A stretch of 64,000 nucleotides of DNA from Candidatus Izemoplasmatales bacterium. Its GTDB lineage: Bacteria; Bacillota_I; Bacilli_A; Izemoplasmatales; Hujiaoplasmataceae. The position numbers were made by a program, and so were the translations under genes. Below the pieces are notes generated by a model, which saw only the letters and a list, made by a program, of their open reading frames with translations, was not told where the DNA came from and made no database searches. The stretch lies in the NCBI GenBank assembly GCA_050949045.1, contig JBMNEZ010000001.1:672001-736000 (forward strand), given 5' to 3'. This document shows positions 8,656-17,447 of this stretch, in pieces. Every line of letters begins with the position of its first letter. Positions within the stretch are counted from its first letter, which is position 1.

Positions 8656-11234
8656 TTAGTAAGCTCCTTGATGTTGTTAATGGTTTCTAGTAGTCGGCGT
8701 TCGTAGAGAGCTAGTTTCTGTTCTTCCTGTTCGATCTTTTCCTTGGGTGCCTTGCCAAGGAAACCAGGATTGGCGAGCAGTCCTTTCGCCCTTTTGATCT
8801 CGGCTTCAAGGTCCGCCTGTACCTTTTCCAAACGCGCCAGCTCGGCATCTTCATCAATTAAAGAGCCGAGCGGAACATAGAAGGAAACTTCATGGAAGAC
8901 AATCGCGATCGTCTTCTTCATTGCGCTTTTTTGTTTGAGATAGACTATTTCACCGATATTGCAGAACTTCTCGAGATACTGGAGATTGCCGTGGATGAAC
9001 TCATTCGTCTCCTCATTGCCTTCGACAAAAAGAGGGATCGGCTTCTGATAGGCGACTTGGTATTGGTTCCGCAACTGGCGAAGTTGTTTGATCAATTCGA
9101 AGAAATATTCTTTGTTTTCGGTTTCGGGGAATTCCATCCTGTTTTGTGTCGGCCAGTCTGCCGTCATAATCGATAGTTTATGGCCGGGCAGCCTCTGATA
9201 GATATCCTCGGTCACAAACGGCATGAAGGGATGGTTGAGTTTCAAGATGGCCTCAAGGACATCGAGCAACACTCTTCTGGTCGTGGGATTGTCCTGGTCG
9301 ACCTTGCTCATCTCCAGATACCAAGAGGCGAAATCATCCCAAGTGAAGTTGTAGATAACCTTGGCAGCCTCGCCGAACTCGTATCTTTCCAACAAATCAT
9401 CAGCCTGTTGAAGCATCCGATTCAAGCGGTGGATGATCCATTTGTCCGCGAAACTGAGTTGTCCAGGTTCGAGCACTGGACTGGGGTCCCCGTGTTTATC
9501 CAAAACCTGGAGAACATAGCGGCTGATGTTCCAAATCTTGTTGATGTAGTTCCAACTGGATTCGACTTTCTCCTGTTCATATCTGAGATCCTGCCCGAGG
9601 GCGGAATTGGTGGCGATAAAGTAACGGAGCGCATCGGCGCCGTAGTCTTCGATAACATCGATCGGGTCGACGCCGTTGCCGAGCGATTTTGACATCTTGC
9701 GTCCCTCGGAATCACGGATCAGACCGTGGATCAGACACTGGCGGAACGGAGACTTGCCAGTGAACTCGATTCCTGTGAAAATCATTCTGGCAACCCAGAA
9801 AAAGATGATATCATAGGCGGTTACCAGCACATCGGTTGGATAATAACGCTGGTATAGGTGGCTGTCCTCGTCTGGCCAGCCCAATGTTGAAAACGGCCAT
9901 AAAGCCGAGGAGAACCAAGTATCGAGCACGTCTTCGTCCTGAACCCAGTCCGCTCCGGGAGCTTCATGGCCACAGAAAACTTCGTCGCCTTTGTACCAGA
10001 CAGGCAGTCTGTGTCCCCACCATAGTTGCCGGGATATGCACCAGTCTTCGAGTTCGCTCATCCAGTTTTCATACATTTTCCGGAACCGTTCCGGGATAAA
10101 TTCGACAGTGCTCTTTTCCAGTGCATTCCCGGCGAGTTCCTTCATCGCCACAAACCACTGTTTTGACAATCTCGGCTCGATGATGATGCCCGTTCTTTCG
10201 CTATGGCCGATGCTGTGGATTATTTCCTCGGTCTTTTTCAAAAGTCCCAGCCTATCCAATTCCGCCACGACCGCTTTACGGCAGGCAAAACGCTCCATAC
10301 CCTCAAAGCGGCCGGCTAGTTGGTTCATCGTGCCGTCTTCATTCATACACAGCGGCATTTCCAAATGGTGGCGTTTGCCCACGACAAAATCGTTCGGATC
10401 GTGCGCCGGAGTGACTTTGACGGCACCGGTTCCGAACTCTTTGTCGACAAAAGTGTCAACGATGATCGGGATTGTCCTTTCTGTCGTCGGGATGCGAACT
10501 AATTTTCCATGAAGATGGTGGTAGCGCCCGTCATCCGGATGAACCATCAGCGCCGTATCGGCGAACATCGTTTCCGGACGCGTCGTGGCAACCGTCACAA
10601 ACCCGCTTCCGTCCGCAAGGGGATAATCATAGTAGTACATGGTACCCCGGGTTTCTTCGTGCTCAATCTCAATATTTGAAAGCGCTGTTTTCGCTTCCAC
10701 ATCCCAGTTGATGATGCGCACGCCGCGATAGATGTATCCCTTGTTATAAAGGGCGATGAAAACTTTCTCTACAGCTTTGGACAAGCCTTGATCCAAGGTA
10801 AACCGTTCAAGGTTATAATCAAGCGATAACCCCATCGTCCGCCATTGCTCGCGGATGAAATCGGCATGCTCTTTTTTCCAATTCCAGGCTTCCTTGAGAT
10901 ACTTTTCCCTCCCAAGATGAAAGCGGTCAATACCCTGCTCGCGGAGTTTCTGGTCGACGCGGGCCTGGGTGGCGATGCCGGCATGATCCATTCCGGGAAG
11001 ATAGAGGGCATCGTAGCCCTGCATCCGCTTCCTGCGGATGATGATGTCTTGGAGCGTATTGTTCCAACAATGCCCAAGATGAAGTTTGCCGGTGATGTTG
11101 GGTGGGGGAATGACAATCGTGAACGGTTTTTTCATCATGTCTCCGGAGGCAAACAGGTTGTTTTTGAGCCAAAAGTCGTATTTTCCCCGTTCAACTTCGG
11201 TGTGATCGTATTTTTGTTTCATCTCAATTGCCAT
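8652..11234 (-). CDS. valS: Valine--tRNA ligase
   Basis: PPPNITGKLHLGH, GMDHAGIATQ, WCISRQLWWGH, KMSKS, C-terminal coiled coil; start uncertain (11234 or 11222). Confidence 0.97.
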   Translation of the reverse strand: MAIEMKQKYDHTEVERGKYDFWLKNNLFASGDMMKKPFTIVIPPPNITGKLHLGHCWNNTLQDIIIRRKRMQGYDALYLPGMDHAGIATQARVDQKLREQGIDRFHLGREKYLKEAWNWKKEHADFIREQWRTMGLSLDYNLERFTLDQGLSKAVEKVFIALYNKGYIYRGVRIINWDVEAKTALSNIEIEHEETRGTMYYYDYPLADGSGFVTVATTRPETMFADTALMVHPDDGRYHHLHGKLVRIPTTERTIPIIVDTFVDKEFGTGAVKVTPAHDPNDFVVGKRHHLEMPLCMNEDGTMNQLAGRFEGMERFACRKAVVAELDRLGLLKKTEEIIHSIGHSERTGIIIEPRLSKQWFVAMKELAGNALEKSTVEFIPERFRKMYENWMSELEDWCISRQLWWGHRLPVWYKGDEVFCGHEAPGADWVQDEDVLDTWFSSALWPFSTLGWPDEDSHLYQRYYPTDVLVTAYDIIFFWVARMIFTGIEFTGKSPFRQCLIHGLIRDSEGRKMSKSLGNGVDPIDVIEDYGADALRYFIATNSALGQDLRYEQEKVESSWNYINKIWNISRYVLQVLDKHGDPSPVLEPGQLSFADKWIIHRLNRMLQQADDLLERYEFGEAAKVIYNFTWDDFASWYLEMSKVDQDNPTTRRVLLDVLEAILKLNHPFMPFVTEDIYQRLPGHKLSIMTADWPTQNRMEFPETENKEYFFELIKQLRQLRNQYQVAYQKPIPLFVEGNEETNEFIHGNLQYLEKFCNIGEIVYLKQKSAMKKTIAIVFHEVSFYVPLGSLIDEDAELARLEKVQADLEAEIKRAKGLLANPGFLGKAPKEKIEQEEQKLALYERRLLETINNIKELTK

Positions 11235-11703
11235 ATGCTTCACCTTCAATCAGATTCCGTTTGTTTCCATAATAAGCCATGATCGCCTCGTAGTTGTCTT
11301 GCGAATGAATCCTTGGCAACGCATCCAAGCCATAATAAGCCAACTCGAGAGACTCGCTGTCATTGATTTTAAGCGTTCCGCCGACGACTTCGCCTATAAA
11401 GGCGAAAGCGACGACCCTGGCTTCATCACGTTCCCGCCAGCGCATCAAGGGATTGTTGAAGACGCCGAGGAAACCGGTGATCTCGATATCGAGATTGGTT
11501 TCTTCCTTCACTTCGCGAATAGCGCACGCAGCGATCGGTTCATCGAGTTCAAGAAGGCCTCCGGGAAGACCCCAAAGACCATTGTCAGCTCTTTTTTGAA
11601 GTAGAACTTCATTATTTTGATTGACGATGACAACGCTGGTCGCGATCAGGATGACTTTGCTGTCGCCGACCATCTTTCTTAGATATCCGATATAATTTTC
11701 CAT
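11224..11703 (-). CDS. Nudix hydrolase
   Basis: Intact Nudix box GGLLELDEPIAACAIREVKEETNL; LLQKRADNGLWGLPGG. Confidence 0.9.
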   Translation of the reverse strand: MENYIGYLRKMVGDSKVILIATSVVIVNQNNEVLLQKRADNGLWGLPGGLLELDEPIAACAIREVKEETNLDIEITGFLGVFNNPLMRWRERDEARVVAFAFIGEVVGGTLKINDSESLELAYYGLDALPRIHSQDNYEAIMAYYGNKRNLIEGEAYGN

Positions 11704-11714
11704 GTCCTGCTCCT

Positions 11715-11930
11715 AAAAAAAATCGCCCTTCAAAAGGACGATTGCTCGCGGTACCACCTTTGTTCCGGCTGATGCCGGCTCTTGGATCCGTTAACGCCGG
11801 CAACGTCCGGAACTACTGGATTTCATCCCGGCTACTCGATGGCGACATTCGCCGTGCCTGCCGCTAGACTTTCACCAACCGTCTAGTCGCTTGTTTTCCT
11901 GGCGCGGCTACTCTTCCACTTCGTCGTATT
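11715..11930 (-). promoter_or_regulatory. Valine T-box riboswitch (specifier GUC) with terminator
   Basis: Minus strand: AGUA/GAA specifier loop with GUC at 11846-11844, AGCGA bulge, GGUGAAA distal loop, AAAGGTGGTACCGCG T-box (11761-11747), terminator AATCGTCCTT/AAGGGCGATT plus T-tract. Confidence 0.93.
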
Positions 11931-12611
11931 TGACTTGTATTTTAACAAATTGTTCTCTCTTTGTAAAGTGGTTTCATGATAATTCTCGATTACAATAATC
12001 CCCGCACAAAAAGAGATTTTGAGAAAGCTGATCGCCAGTCTTCCGTCAAGAAATTCGATAAGTTCAGAAAAAAGGTGATAATGTTCATTATCGTCCCAAA
12101 GATCTAAGCATGATTCCCGACAATCTTCACGTTCGCTTTTATTTTGAAACAGAACATCTCCGATCAAAATCTTTCCCATCGGCTCCAAATGCTGAAGCAG
12201 ATGGTCGATCATCTTGATTAAGTGAGCGAGATCCAAATGATGAAAAGCATAGGTTGAAACAATGAAGTCAAACTTCTCTTTCATAAACGGTCCGGGAATC
12301 CCGCCAGTGAAATCATGGACCTCGAGTCTCGCCGAAGGTACAAGCAGTCTCGCCCGCTCAAGCATCTTCTCGGAGATGTCCGAGCCAAACAGCCTGATTC
12401 TCTCTGGCGGCAGTTTCCGGTAAAGCGAAGCTGTGCCGATGCCTAGATCAAGTATCTTCAAGGTAGACTCCAACTTGTTGCTCAGGATATACCTAGCGAT
12501 GGTGGTCAGCACTTCGTCATAGCCGGCGAATGGAAACAGATTCCGCTGGTCGGCTTCTTGGACTTGTTGGTCGTAATCATCGGCGATGCGGTCAAATATG
12601 GCTTTCCACAT
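11883..12611 (-). CDS. Class I SAM-dependent methyltransferase
   Basis: ILDLGIGTA motif I, GSDISEKML, FDFIVSTYAFHHL, GKILIGD; ATG 12611 with GGAGGA RBS. Confidence 0.88.
   Translation of the reverse strand: MWKAIFDRIADDYDQQVQEADQRNLFPFAGYDEVLTTIARYILSNKLESTLKILDLGIGTASLYRKLPPERIRLFGSDISEKMLERARLLVPSARLEVHDFTGGIPGPFMKEKFDFIVSTYAFHHLDLAHLIKMIDHLLQHLEPMGKILIGDVLFQNKSEREDCRESCLDLWDDNEHYHLFSELIEFLDGRLAISFLKISFCAGIIVIENYHETTLQRENNLLKYKSNTTKWKSSRARKTSD
11939..11967 (-). promoter_or_regulatory. Sigma-A-type promoter for the Val T-box, inside the methyltransferase CDS
   Basis: TTTACA-17 nt-TAAAAT with extended TG, just upstream of stem I. Confidence 0.7.
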
Positions 12612-12613
12612 AG

Positions 12614-13207
12614 CTATTCCTCCAATCCGATCCGGTTTCCGAGTTCGTCCAGAATCAGTTCGCGATTTTCTTTGGTCTTGGATGAAAACCAAAAAATTTT
12701 CTCGGTTTCAGCCAATCCGAGGTTTTTGGTTATCAGTTTCGTCTGTCGCTGTCTTTGACTGAAAGACAGTTTGTCGGCTTTGGTCAGCACAAAGAGAATA
12801 TCGATGTCGCGGCTGTTGAAATACGTCTTCATGACGATGTCATCGTGAGAGGGGAGCCTTCTAATATCCAGCAAGAAAACAGCGAGAGCGATCGGAGCCT
12901 TTGACTCAAGGTAGCCTTCGATGAGAATCCGGAAACGCTCAAGTGTTTTCTTGTCGACGTTCGCATAGCCATAGCCGGGCAGGTCGACGAGATAGAAGGC
13001 CTTGTTTATAAGAAAAAAATTGACGAGCCTGGTCTTCCCGGGTTTTTGCGAGGTACGGGCCACTTGGGAATTGTTCAAAATGGCATTGATGAACGATGAT
13101 TTCCCAACATTGCTGCGGCCCGCAAAAACCACCTGGGGCAGATTGTCTTTGGGAAACTGGTCGCTCCCGGCAGCGCTCCTGATGAATTCGATCGATCTGA
13201 TGATCAT
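12614..13207 (-). CDS. engB: Ribosome biogenesis GTPase EngB/YsxC/YihA
   Basis: GRSNVGKSS, PGKT, DLPGYGYA, TKADK; ATG 13207 with GGAGG RBS. Confidence 0.95.
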   Translation of the reverse strand: MIIRSIEFIRSAAGSDQFPKDNLPQVVFAGRSNVGKSSFINAILNNSQVARTSQKPGKTRLVNFFLINKAFYLVDLPGYGYANVDKKTLERFRILIEGYLESKAPIALAVFLLDIRRLPSHDDIVMKTYFNSRDIDILFVLTKADKLSFSQRQRQTKLITKNLGLAETEKIFWFSSKTKENRELILDELGNRIGLEE

Positions 13208-14526
13208 CAGACGCACCTCCCTCTACTGGATTTCCCGGATTTTTCATGCCTGAGGTAGTTAACCGTCGTAATCGCTCCCTCGGCGAAATATGTCTTTAAA
13301 CCTTCGAGGTCCGCAACCGTCAGGTGTTCGATATCTCCGAACAGCCTAAAGACATCGACACCGCGAAGACAGTATTCCGCAAGCATCGCATTAGCCCGCG
13401 AAACCGAATCGAAAACCTGGATGAAATTTCCGAGCAACTTGCGCTTTTGGATCTCGAAGTATTCGGCGGAGATGGCGGCGTTCTTAGTGCCGTGGATCAT
13501 CTCTTTGAAAACTGAAATCGTTTTTGGGCTGCTTTTCGTCTCGGTGAAAAGAGTCGCATAGGCAAAGCTCCGGTCGCAAGCGACGCCGATGTCGAAAGCG
13601 TTGTTGACGATTTTGGCAGCCTGCAGTTTTTTGAATGCGGGCGAGGCTTTGCCGTAAAGGTTGTCGAGAAGCAAATTGAGTTTGATCTCCTCGAGCGTGA
13701 TCTCGGCCTCATCGGCAGTTTTCAACGGCACCATTTTGACACCGGCAAGCACCAGATCGCTCATCAAATCGAAGTTGACGGTGAGATCGTGGTCTTTCCT
13801 TTCGATGTCTTCCTCTAAGAGAACTTCCGGTCTCAAAAACGGCTTTTGGTTCTGATTCAGCGGATGATTTTGTATCGATGCAAGCGTGCTGTCGTGATCG
13901 AAATCTCCGCTTAGAACCAAAACCATCGCTTGGGGATGATAAAAGGCGTCGAAGGCCTGTTTCAATATGGTTGTGGTGATTTCCTTCAAGGATGTTTTCG
14001 TGCCGGTGGTATCGAAACGGATTGGATGAAACGGATACATCAGGTTGAGCATGTCATAATAAAGACATTGTTCCGGATCGTCTTCATAAAGCTGGATCTC
14101 TTTCTCAATGATCGACTTTTCCTTCTCTATGCTCTCTTTAGTGAACTGGACAGCCATGATCATATCAAAGAGAACCGCAAGCGTCTCGGACAGGCCGTTT
14201 GTCGTTGAAAAATAGATTGCAGTCCGGTTATAGGTGGTATAAGCATTTACCGAGGCCCCGAGCAAAGCAAACTTGCGGACGATGTTTTCAGAAGTCGACT
14301 CGAACAGCATATGTTCAAGAAAATGGGCGGTACCGGCAGGAAACACGATTTGTTTGTTTTCGCAATCGAGTTTGACCCGGTGGGACAACGACCCGAAAGG
14401 AACGACCAAAGTCGCGGATTTCCGAACAAAACCGGGTTTGGGGAGGATGACAATCCTCATCCCTGAAGCGAGCGTTTCCTGGATTATGCTCTCCTTGAAG
14501 CGTGGATAGTCGGTTCTTTTAGCCAT
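13207..14526 (-). CDS. ymfH: M16 family zinc peptidase, YmfH-like (active subunit)
   Basis: GTAHFLEHMLFE inverted zinc motif, NAYT, EKEKSIIEKEI. Confidence 0.88.
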   Translation of the reverse strand: MAKRTDYPRFKESIIQETLASGMRIVILPKPGFVRKSATLVVPFGSLSHRVKLDCENKQIVFPAGTAHFLEHMLFESTSENIVRKFALLGASVNAYTTYNRTAIYFSTTNGLSETLAVLFDMIMAVQFTKESIEKEKSIIEKEIQLYEDDPEQCLYYDMLNLMYPFHPIRFDTTGTKTSLKEITTTILKQAFDAFYHPQAMVLVLSGDFDHDSTLASIQNHPLNQNQKPFLRPEVLLEEDIERKDHDLTVNFDLMSDLVLAGVKMVPLKTADEAEITLEEIKLNLLLDNLYGKASPAFKKLQAAKIVNNAFDIGVACDRSFAYATLFTETKSSPKTISVFKEMIHGTKNAAISAEYFEIQKRKLLGNFIQVFDSVSRANAMLAEYCLRGVDVFRLFGDIEHLTVADLEGLKTYFAEGAITTVNYLRHEKSGKSSRGRCV

Positions 14527-15800
14527 CAGCCCTCACCCCTGTCGTGATAGACGAAGACGGTATCCTTGACAAGCCGTTTCTTTGCCTGGATGATATCTGC
14601 GACGGACACAGAGGCAAAGTGAGAAAGCAGTTCATCAATACCGATATCGCGTCTGAAAAGATGAAGGTTGACAAAAGTCTTGTCAATCAGAGCACTGGGA
14701 GAATCGACGCTTTCGCGGCCTTTTTTTTGCAGTTGCTCCTTCGCGATCCGTAAATCGGATTCAGTGATCGTCTCTTGATCCAGCCTTTCAATGACTTCGT
14801 CGATCAGAGCGAGAACCTGATCCTCATAACCGCGGTCGACGCCGGCGAAAACAAACAAAACACCCTTATTGCCGCTGTAAAATGTCTGGATGTCGTAGCT
14901 CATCCGCTGATCCTCGCGGATGGCTAGAAACAGTTTCGCTTGATCGGTGTCACCGAGGATCGTGTTCAAAACCACCATAGGGTAGAAAAGTGGATCATTC
15001 GTCCTGATGTTGGTTCGATAGCCGACGATGATCCTCGATTGGTTCAGCTTTGCCGTCTCGCGAACATCGGTGACCTGAGTTATCGTCTTGTCCTCGTCAT
15101 CAATCCAGTGACCTTCCTTGAAAGCCGGAGCTTTTCCAAGATACTTGCGCGCAAGCGTTGCGACAGCCTTTTCATCGACTTTGCCGATGACATAGAGTTC
15201 CCGGGAATCTTCATTGATCAGAGAACAATACTCGCTATAGAGCCGATCCTTGGTCAAACTTGACAGCGTCTGGACTTCACCTCTCGGAGAAAGCCTGAAA
15301 AGTTCGTCTTTAAACATGATCTTTGAGAACCGGTAAAAACTATAGGCGGCGCGATCGTGGTACATCGAGTCAAGTTCTTCGCTCAGGTTACGTTTCTCGA
15401 GTTCGAACAACCCACTCATGAAACCGCCTTTCACTAACTTCGGGTTTAAGACAATCTCGCCAAGCAGAGCGAAAGCTTCTTCGATCAAATCGGTATCTTT
15501 GGGAAGATAATCCCCGTTAATGAACGACAAATCAAAACTGATGACGCTCTGTTTCCCAAACTTCTGGGTCTGTGTCGCCAATTCCATGCCGTATAGTCCG
15601 TCAAGTTTCTGCTTGAGCAAAGCTCTTGACGGATATTTTCTTGTCGCTCCTGTCAACACTTCCGGTAACAGTGCTCTGGAATTGAGTGTAGCCTCGCTGA
15701 AAGGGGCGATGAATCGATAGGAAATCATGACGGACTTGAATTTGTCCGTCACTAAAGTGTTCGTTATCAAACCGTCGAGATTTTCTGTGATCAGTCTCAT
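14526..15800 (-). CDS. ymfF: M16 family inactive subunit, YmfF-like
   Basis: TDKFKS, KYPS...LYG, KLFLAIRE...MSY; lacks HxxEH; paired with ymfH. Confidence 0.82.
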   Translation of the reverse strand: MRLITENLDGLITNTLVTDKFKSVMISYRFIAPFSEATLNSRALLPEVLTGATRKYPSRALLKQKLDGLYGMELATQTQKFGKQSVISFDLSFINGDYLPKDTDLIEEAFALLGEIVLNPKLVKGGFMSGLFELEKRNLSEELDSMYHDRAAYSFYRFSKIMFKDELFRLSPRGEVQTLSSLTKDRLYSEYCSLINEDSRELYVIGKVDEKAVATLARKYLGKAPAFKEGHWIDDEDKTITQVTDVRETAKLNQSRIIVGYRTNIRTNDPLFYPMVVLNTILGDTDQAKLFLAIREDQRMSYDIQTFYSGNKGVLFVFAGVDRGYEDQVLALIDEVIERLDQETITESDLRIAKEQLQKKGRESVDSPSALIDKTFVNLHLFRRDIGIDELLSHFASVSVADIIQAKKRLVKDTVFVYHDRGEG

Positions 15801-15849
15801 AGGCACCTCATGAGGCAATAGATGTCTATCAAATAAACATCAATCCCGA

Positions 15850-16557
15850 TCAAGCAAGTTCAAGTGCGATTTTCATCATGCTGGTGAACGCCGTCTGGCG
15901 CTCCTCGGGAGTGGTTTCAGCCAACGTCACCAGCGAATCGGAGATGGTCAGGAGGCAGGCAGCTTGTTTTCCCAGTGCGTTTGCCGTATGGAATAGGGCA
16001 AAAGATTCCATCTCAACGGCGACGCAGCCGTGTTTTTCTACCAAAAAGCGATAATGGTCGCGGTCTGCCCGGTAAAAGACATCACTGGAATGGACACGAC
16101 CCTTTTCCAGAGGGATCCCCAGCTTTTTTGCGATTGAAACCAGTTTTCGATTCAATTCCGGCGAAGCTTTCAAGATATGACGCTTTTCGCCGTTTTGCGC
16201 CTTGGCGAAGTTTGATTCGCTGTAGGCATCTTTTACAAGCAGGGTATCGAAAAGTTTGAGTTCCCGGGTGTAAGCCCCCGCTGAACCGATCCTGACGATC
16301 CGTTCAACCCCGAAGAACTGAAACAACTCATAGGCGTAGATACCGATCGAAGGCATGCCCATGCCCGACCCCATAACCGAGATGTCTCTTCCTTTATATT
16401 TTCCGGTGTAGCCGAACATGTTTCGGATGCTGTTGAAACAACAAACATCCGTCAGGAAATTGTCCGCTATGTGTTTAGCACGCAAAGGATCGCCCGGCAT
16501 CAAGACCGTTCTGGCGATTTCTCCCTTTTCTGCCTGGATATGGGGTGTGGCCATCAT
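15850..16557 (-). CDS. deoD: Purine nucleoside phosphorylase (DeoD type)
   Basis: TPHI, VLMPGDPLRAK, GMGMPS, RIGSAG, VEMES. Confidence 0.96.
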   Translation of the reverse strand: MMATPHIQAEKGEIARTVLMPGDPLRAKHIADNFLTDVCCFNSIRNMFGYTGKYKGRDISVMGSGMGMPSIGIYAYELFQFFGVERIVRIGSAGAYTRELKLFDTLLVKDAYSESNFAKAQNGEKRHILKASPELNRKLVSIAKKLGIPLEKGRVHSSDVFYRADRDHYRFLVEKHGCVAVEMESFALFHTANALGKQAACLLTISDSLVTLAETTPEERQTAFTSMMKIALELA

Positions 16558-16659
16558 CTCACATCCTTATCAATCAAATCAACCTTTTTATTCAAACAAG
16601 CGCCGATGAACATCTTAGGCAAGTTGAAAAATAAAATCGCTGCCGTTAGCTGAGGTAAA

Positions 16660-17316
16660 TCAATACCCGTTTCCTCGTTCGCCTTTCATCAGATTGACGC
16701 CATTGCTCGTGCCAATCCTTGTCGCGCCAGCTTCGACCATTTTCTCAAAATCTAGCATAGTCCGGATTCCTCCGGCCGCCTTGACTTCCTTGCCTTGGCT
16801 GTTTTCCTTCATCAATCTCACGTTTTCCGCCGTCGCTCCTGCAGGGCCAAAACCGGTCGAAGTCTTGATGAAACGGGCTTTTGTCCTGCCGATTGCCCGA
16901 GAAGTTTGAATGATCTCGTCTTCGGTCAAATAACAAGTTTCGATGATCACTTTCAAAATGCGCCCATCCGCAGCTTTCGCAACCTGCTCAACCTCGTCAA
17001 CCAACAACTCATAGTTGCCGGTCTTGACGTTACCGATGTTGATGACCATATCGATCTCATCGGCGCCGTTATGAACGGCTTCAAGCGTTTCAAACACCTT
17101 GGTGGCGGTCGTGTTTTGTCCCAACGGGAACCCGATCACCGTACAAACAAGCACACCTGTTCCCTCGAGTCTTTTTTTGCAGTAACCGACAAAACAAGGC
17201 TGAACACAGACAGATTTGAAATGATAGAGTTTTGCTTCTTCTAGAAGAATGTCGATCTCGGCAATGGTTCCGACAGGTTTCAGATACGTATGGTCGATAT
17301 ACTCGTTAGGCTTCAT
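16660..17316 (-). CDS. deoC: Deoxyribose-phosphate aldolase
   Basis: IDHTYLKP, TVIGFPLG, GADEIDMV, KVIIET, FIKTSTGF, KAAGGIR, RIGTS. Confidence 0.96.
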   Translation of the reverse strand: MKPNEYIDHTYLKPVGTIAEIDILLEEAKLYHFKSVCVQPCFVGYCKKRLEGTGVLVCTVIGFPLGQNTTATKVFETLEAVHNGADEIDMVINIGNVKTGNYELLVDEVEQVAKAADGRILKVIIETCYLTEDEIIQTSRAIGRTKARFIKTSTGFGPAGATAENVRLMKENSQGKEVKAAGGIRTMLDFEKMVEAGATRIGTSNGVNLMKGERGNGY

Positions 17317-17376
17317 TTTCATGTTCCTTTCTTAGTCGCAAGACACTGCTCTTGGAAACTGAAATTCCGCTAGTTA

Positions 17377-17405
17377 AGTATACTAAATTGAGTTAGAAAA
17401 GTCAA
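17377..17405 (-). promoter_or_regulatory. Sigma-A-type promoter of deoC-deoD
   Basis: TTGACT-17 nt-TATACT. Confidence 0.7.
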
Positions 17406-17447
17406 TGAATCTGGCAGTAAGGCAGATAATGTGTCACCGGTCAAACC

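Noticed and set aside
17323..17376. Purine riboswitch ahead of deoC-deoD
   Set aside because: Leader is only about 50 nt and lacks the conserved aptamer core
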